Assembly (NCBI GenBank): GCA_032718475.1
Contig: JAUCBJ010007646.1
Span: forward strand, 1-40,013
Length of the DNA: 40,013 bases
Direction: 5' to 3'
Origin: Nemertoderma westbladi
Lineage: Eukaryota; Animalia; Xenacoelomorpha
Shown here in pieces: positions 35,657 through 40,013 of the stretch. How positions within the stretch are numbered: position 1 is the stretch's first letter; every line of letters starts with the position of its first letter. The position numbers and the translations under genes were made by a program. A model generated the notes under the pieces. The model was not told the DNA's origin. It worked only from the letters and a program-made list of their open reading frames with translations, and searched no databases.

Positions 35657-36979
35657 CCATCACGTTTGTTCGACTCTGAGTTTGGCATAACAGCATGTTA
35701 TATTATTATTATATATTATAATATAATATAGGCCTATAATATAATATATATTATTATATTATGCTAATTGCGAAAAATTCTTCTACGAATTACCAATGGT
35801 AGTAATTTATTGGTTTAAATTCGTTATAAATTCGTTTTTGTATAGTTTACTGAGGTTGTTTTAAGATTTTGTTTTTAATCTGTGTCAACACGTCAAGGAA
35901 TGGGAATAATGTGTGGGAGTAATCATTGCTGAATTGTATACCAGAGTTTTGGAATAGATCTAGTTGCAATAGTACATGCAGTATGATACTGTAACTGTCG
36001 TCAACAAAACGTTTATAGAATGGATTAAGTTAAGTTTTGGTATTTTTTGGTTGGAGTTGTTATGGAAGGATCTGTGCTAATTGAAATCTCTGCTGATGTA
36101 GTTATTTTTGGAAAGTGGGTTGAAGAATGAAGATGGCCATAGTGGGATCAGGGTGAAATTAATTGATAAAGAAAATTAAAAAGCTTTTCGTTTTGTGCCA
36201 GAGCAGTTAGAAAGACCATTAAACAACCACACATCAACGTATATTTTGATGTATGCCCTAAAATCAGAAAACTGCAACGTGACAGTAACCGTAAGCGTCT
36301 TTTCAGTAGTGGACTTTCAAAGTCATAACAGAAGCAGATCGCCATAACGCTACTGCGCTCTCTATTAAGCCAGTTGAAGATTAGTTAGTTAATTAATCGG
36401 CACTAACAATAATTATTACCTATACAAATCTGATTTATATTGACCATGAAAAGAGAACTGGGGAGGGTTTATGATGCATAAGTGGATGAATACTGTAATG
36501 GTACCTTTTGTTTGATGTGCTATATGTTGCAATCAGCATAATAATATTCCAGATACCCTTCGTTGCCTCCAGGTGATTGCACTACTATGTATCTGATTGA
36601 AAAACTGATTTCCATCCGCCAGATCTGAATGATCTACTTTATGTAATGAAATTGCTCTTGATTGCAACCCTTAAAAGTGTCCTCTGTCTTCTTTCCGGCA
36701 TATAGGTTTTAATTAGATTTCTTGTTTAAAATTCATTGCCCGCTTTTCAATCACATCTATTCCATCTTGTTGTGTGTTTGCAGGTATTTATATTTAGTTC
36801 GTGTACTCTGATGATTTTGATGTTACAGAAATGCCAGTTGGAAAGCTGAACATTTTAAATTTATCTTGCATGTGCGTAACAGAATAAATCCTGCATAATG
36901 TATACGAAATGCCTTATTCATGTTCACTGTGCCACGATTGCTGTTAGTTCAACCTTGGTGTAGTAGTTGCATGCAGGCA

Positions 36980-37394
36980 CATTATGGAGTCCGCCCTTGG
37001 CACCAATATAACGGAACCCCCGAAGTCTCAAAATCTCTGGATGGCACATTCACAAGAAACACTACGCTGGGTTTACTGCGTCAAGAACAATGCACACAAC
37101 TCCAACCAGACAGTACATAAACATTGGAGGTGTCTCATTGATTCTCCCAAGCTTGACACTAGAACAAAGCCGCCTCCTCTTTGCAGGACATTGCTTTCGC
37201 CATGAGGACCAGCCAGTGCATAATCGTGTGCTTTGGCGGCCTCATGGAGTGAATAAGCATGGTGGACAGCCCATGACTTTCTTGAGACGCATCTTAAAGG
37301 ACACTGGCCTTGAAGATGCAGATGATGTAGCAAATGTCATAGGTGATAGGGAGTTGTGGCGGTGCAATTTTGTTGACAAGCCGGCACAGCATTC
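36980..37394 (+). pseudogene. 3' relic of an RTE-type LINE ORF
   Basis: LDGTFTR, then RLLFAGHCFRHEDQP..VLWRP..GGQP..LKDTG..DRELWR, the C-terminal pattern of RTE-like ORFs; frameshifted. Confidence 0.75.
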
Positions 37395-37789
37395 TTAAAA
37401 ATGCAGCTGCAATGCAGCATGCCGATCCTAGTAGTAGTAGTGCACATGAACTGATGGAGTTTTCAATTTAATAACTAAACACGATATCGCGCATCGCACC
37501 AGCCTGGTTTCAAAATTCCAAAACGAGGTCTTCACTAGTTGCAGGTCGATTTTGTTATAGAATTGAGCAACTACAGTAATAATAGATCGAATTTATTAAT
37601 AATTATTGTATGAAATATGATTGTATTTTTACATAATTATTAGTTCTATACTAATTCTCGTTGTCTCTTTTATTTGAAATAAAAAGTCGGTTCCTTATCG
37701 GGCCGCTAGGCCCGTCACTAGTTTAATATAGGAAAGTTAGAGACTTAATTAATTAGAAGACCGGTAGGACTTCTTACCCTAAAAGTATT

Positions 37790-37905
37790 CACTGGCCTTG
37801 ACGATTTGGATGATCTAGCAAATGTCATGGGTGATAGGGAGTTGTGGCGTTTCAATTTCGTTGACAAGCCGGCACAGTATTCGCCTCAGGGCGAGAGTGT
37901 CATTG
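37790..37905 (+). mobile_element. Second short 3' fragment of the same RTE-type family
   Basis: Close match to ~37302-37394 (cactggccttga...gacaagccggcacag). Confidence 0.75.
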
Positions 37906-38119
37906 ATATGGTGTTCATCAAACTCTCTGGCCGATCCAAAGCAAGTTTGCCCATACTAAACCTCATCCTGGACCCAATTAAGAAACATGAACGCACTCAG
38001 GTTTCTCTTACTTTTCTGATTCTAATCGACAACCGACTAATCCGTGACAACCGACTAATCCACTGCGATTTACACGGAAGTTAAACTCTGATATCTTCCG
38101 GCAGCACTGCAACCTACCA

Positions 38120-38620
38120 TTAACCCGATTACCACTGGGGTGTTTAGACCATTAGCAGCACTCTGGCGGGGTGTCGATTCGCCCCCCCCCCCCTCGCTAT
38201 ATTTTTGTTATCATCCAATAAAATCCTTACGAAATTTGGGCTGCAGGTGAAAAAATTATCGAAGAACATTTTCAAATCCCAAAAAATGAAAATTTCATAA
38301 GGTGGGTATAATAATTTTCATGATTTCATTTTCATTTCCTGGGTTATACGGGTTTGTGAGGGTTCTGAAATCAATGCAATAATTAAAATTGCATTGCCGT
38401 TGTCAAACTTGTTTTTTCGGCGTTGGGTGAAAGTTTTTGTGCCATAGCACCAAATTTTTGAAAATAAGCAAATTGACCAATCAATAGATATTATCATCTT
38501 GTTTTTTGTGTTATACGGGTGTTTGAGTGTCCTGAAACCGATGGAATCAATAAAAACAGCACTGGACATCTTTTACTTGTTCTTTTTGGTGTTGGGTGCG
38601 AAATTTGTTGCTAGCACCAA
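38120..38620. mobile_element. Possible DNA-transposon relic (TTAA-CCC end)
   Basis: ttaacccg start, GC-rich subterminal hairpin ggggtgtcgattcgcccc, internal repeat ttatacggg...ctgaaa...tagcaccaaa at ~38344 and ~38511. No matching second end was found. Confidence 0.3.
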
Positions 38621-40013
38621 AAGTTGCCATATTACGCCGTAAAATACGAGTAGCAATGATCTGACAACTTAGAAATGTATCAAATTACAATCAGCGCAAC
38701 ATAAATCCTGAAAATGTGAATTTATAGCATCGTATAAGTGAATTAACAATTTTGTGTTCAAACTGAAAAGTGTTGGTTACTTTTTTTTATTTTTTGCCTG
38801 CGTAGAGAACTAAAACAGCCATTTAAGGTAATCAGATTATTTTTAAATATTTTCCAATGGATTTTGAGCCTCAGAAAACCTATATTGAAAAACGATTAGC
38901 CAAAACTGTAACTTTAAATTTTTTTGAAAATTGTTCACTAGTTGAAACTTTGCTGCAAATTAACCACCCCAGTACACTTTATCGAAATTTTTTTTCGGTC
39001 GGATTCAGACTATTAAAATCTACGTACCTAATACGTACGTACATACGTACATACATACATACGTGCATACATTACGATACGTACGTAATCAAAAGAAACG
39101 CCACGATGCGGCAAAAACAGTCAGAATGCTGATGTTTTATGTTAGTTCACAATGTGTTAGGTGCCACTGAAGTAGCGGTCCAGTGTTCTTTCTGGTCAGT
39201 CTTGGTAGCAGTAAATTTTTTCCAAATAAAATTGATATACATAAAAACATACACAAAAAAATGATATATATTTGAGGATTGTGATTCTTTTCCCCAGTAT
39301 TTTATTGAAGGACTAACATTAAAATCCGAAACTTCAATTTGAAAGTGAGATAGAAAGTATTAATACGGTTTTGTGTGCTTACTAAAATAATAATCGCTGT
39401 AAAAAATAGTCTTGGCTAGATAAGTAAAGTAAATAATAGTAAATATAATAAAGATAAAAAATAAAATAAAAAGTAAATAATTATATGGGATATTATTAAA
39501 ATGTGCTGTAAATCTTTACTCCTTCGATTTACACAGTAATCCTAGCAAGTTTATAACACAATAACTTTATAAAAGTTAATCTTCATACAAACTGTATTGT
39601 TATTATCTTAGTTAAATTTATCTGTTGTCGTAGGTAGGCTACTTATACTTACTCTACAGCTACTAATGAAGGACTGTAAAATCTGATCCAAATCAACATA
39701 TAAAATTAAACTTTATTTTACTCGATACTACATTTCCCACTGCTTATATTCCATGTGTATAGATGGATCAAAATCAACAGAAATGCCGTTGTAAGCTAAC
39801 CAATCATTGATTGTTTGCAAACGCCCTCTTCTCATTGGACAGGGGTACACTATTTGCTTCATTTCATATAATTTTTGTCACAAATTGTTGTATTTTTCTG
39901 CTCATTCTAAACAGTTTCTAATGAACAAACATATTTACTTCATGTCATTTAAAATTAACGGGGCATTAATATTCCCAAACATAAATTAGTATAAGTTGTC
40001 GTTCAGGCATTAC

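Noticed and set aside
7047-35688. Dozens of minus-strand ORFs (QHAAISTTVST...) in the satellite blocks
   Set aside because: Translations of tandem monomers in all frames; no coding signal.
35700-40013. Host exons in the AT-rich right flank
   Set aside because: Short ORFs without recognisable motifs; small exons cannot be excluded without RNA data.

Overview
Repeat-dense eukaryotic (invertebrate-like) DNA with no recognisable host gene. The core is a ~9 kb satellite array of 28/29/33-bp monomers (~6987-35656), split by three insertions. (1) A complete but decayed 13.8 kb BEL/Pao LTR retrotransposon (9178-23005, TSD GTGCT). (2) An intact full-length CR1-type LINE on the minus strand (~24843-30053). 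(3) A 636-bp Mutator-like foldback MITE (34400-35035, 9-bp TSD). The flanks hold RTE-type LINE relics, Helitron-like non-autonomous repeats, a 23-bp minisatellite and a perfect 126-bp palindrome. Most notable: the BEL element has no tRNA PBS; the 12 nt at the PBS position are complementary to its own predicted transcript 5' end, suggesting Tf1-like self-priming. It also carries an extra ~870-codon ORF with a DEDDy 3'-5' exonuclease and CCHC knuckles, plus structured CUGAUGA/UUCG repeats in U3. The LINE's ORF1 and ORF2 are in frame and separated by a single UGA in a CAA-UUA readthrough context. All calls come from manual reading; no searches were run.
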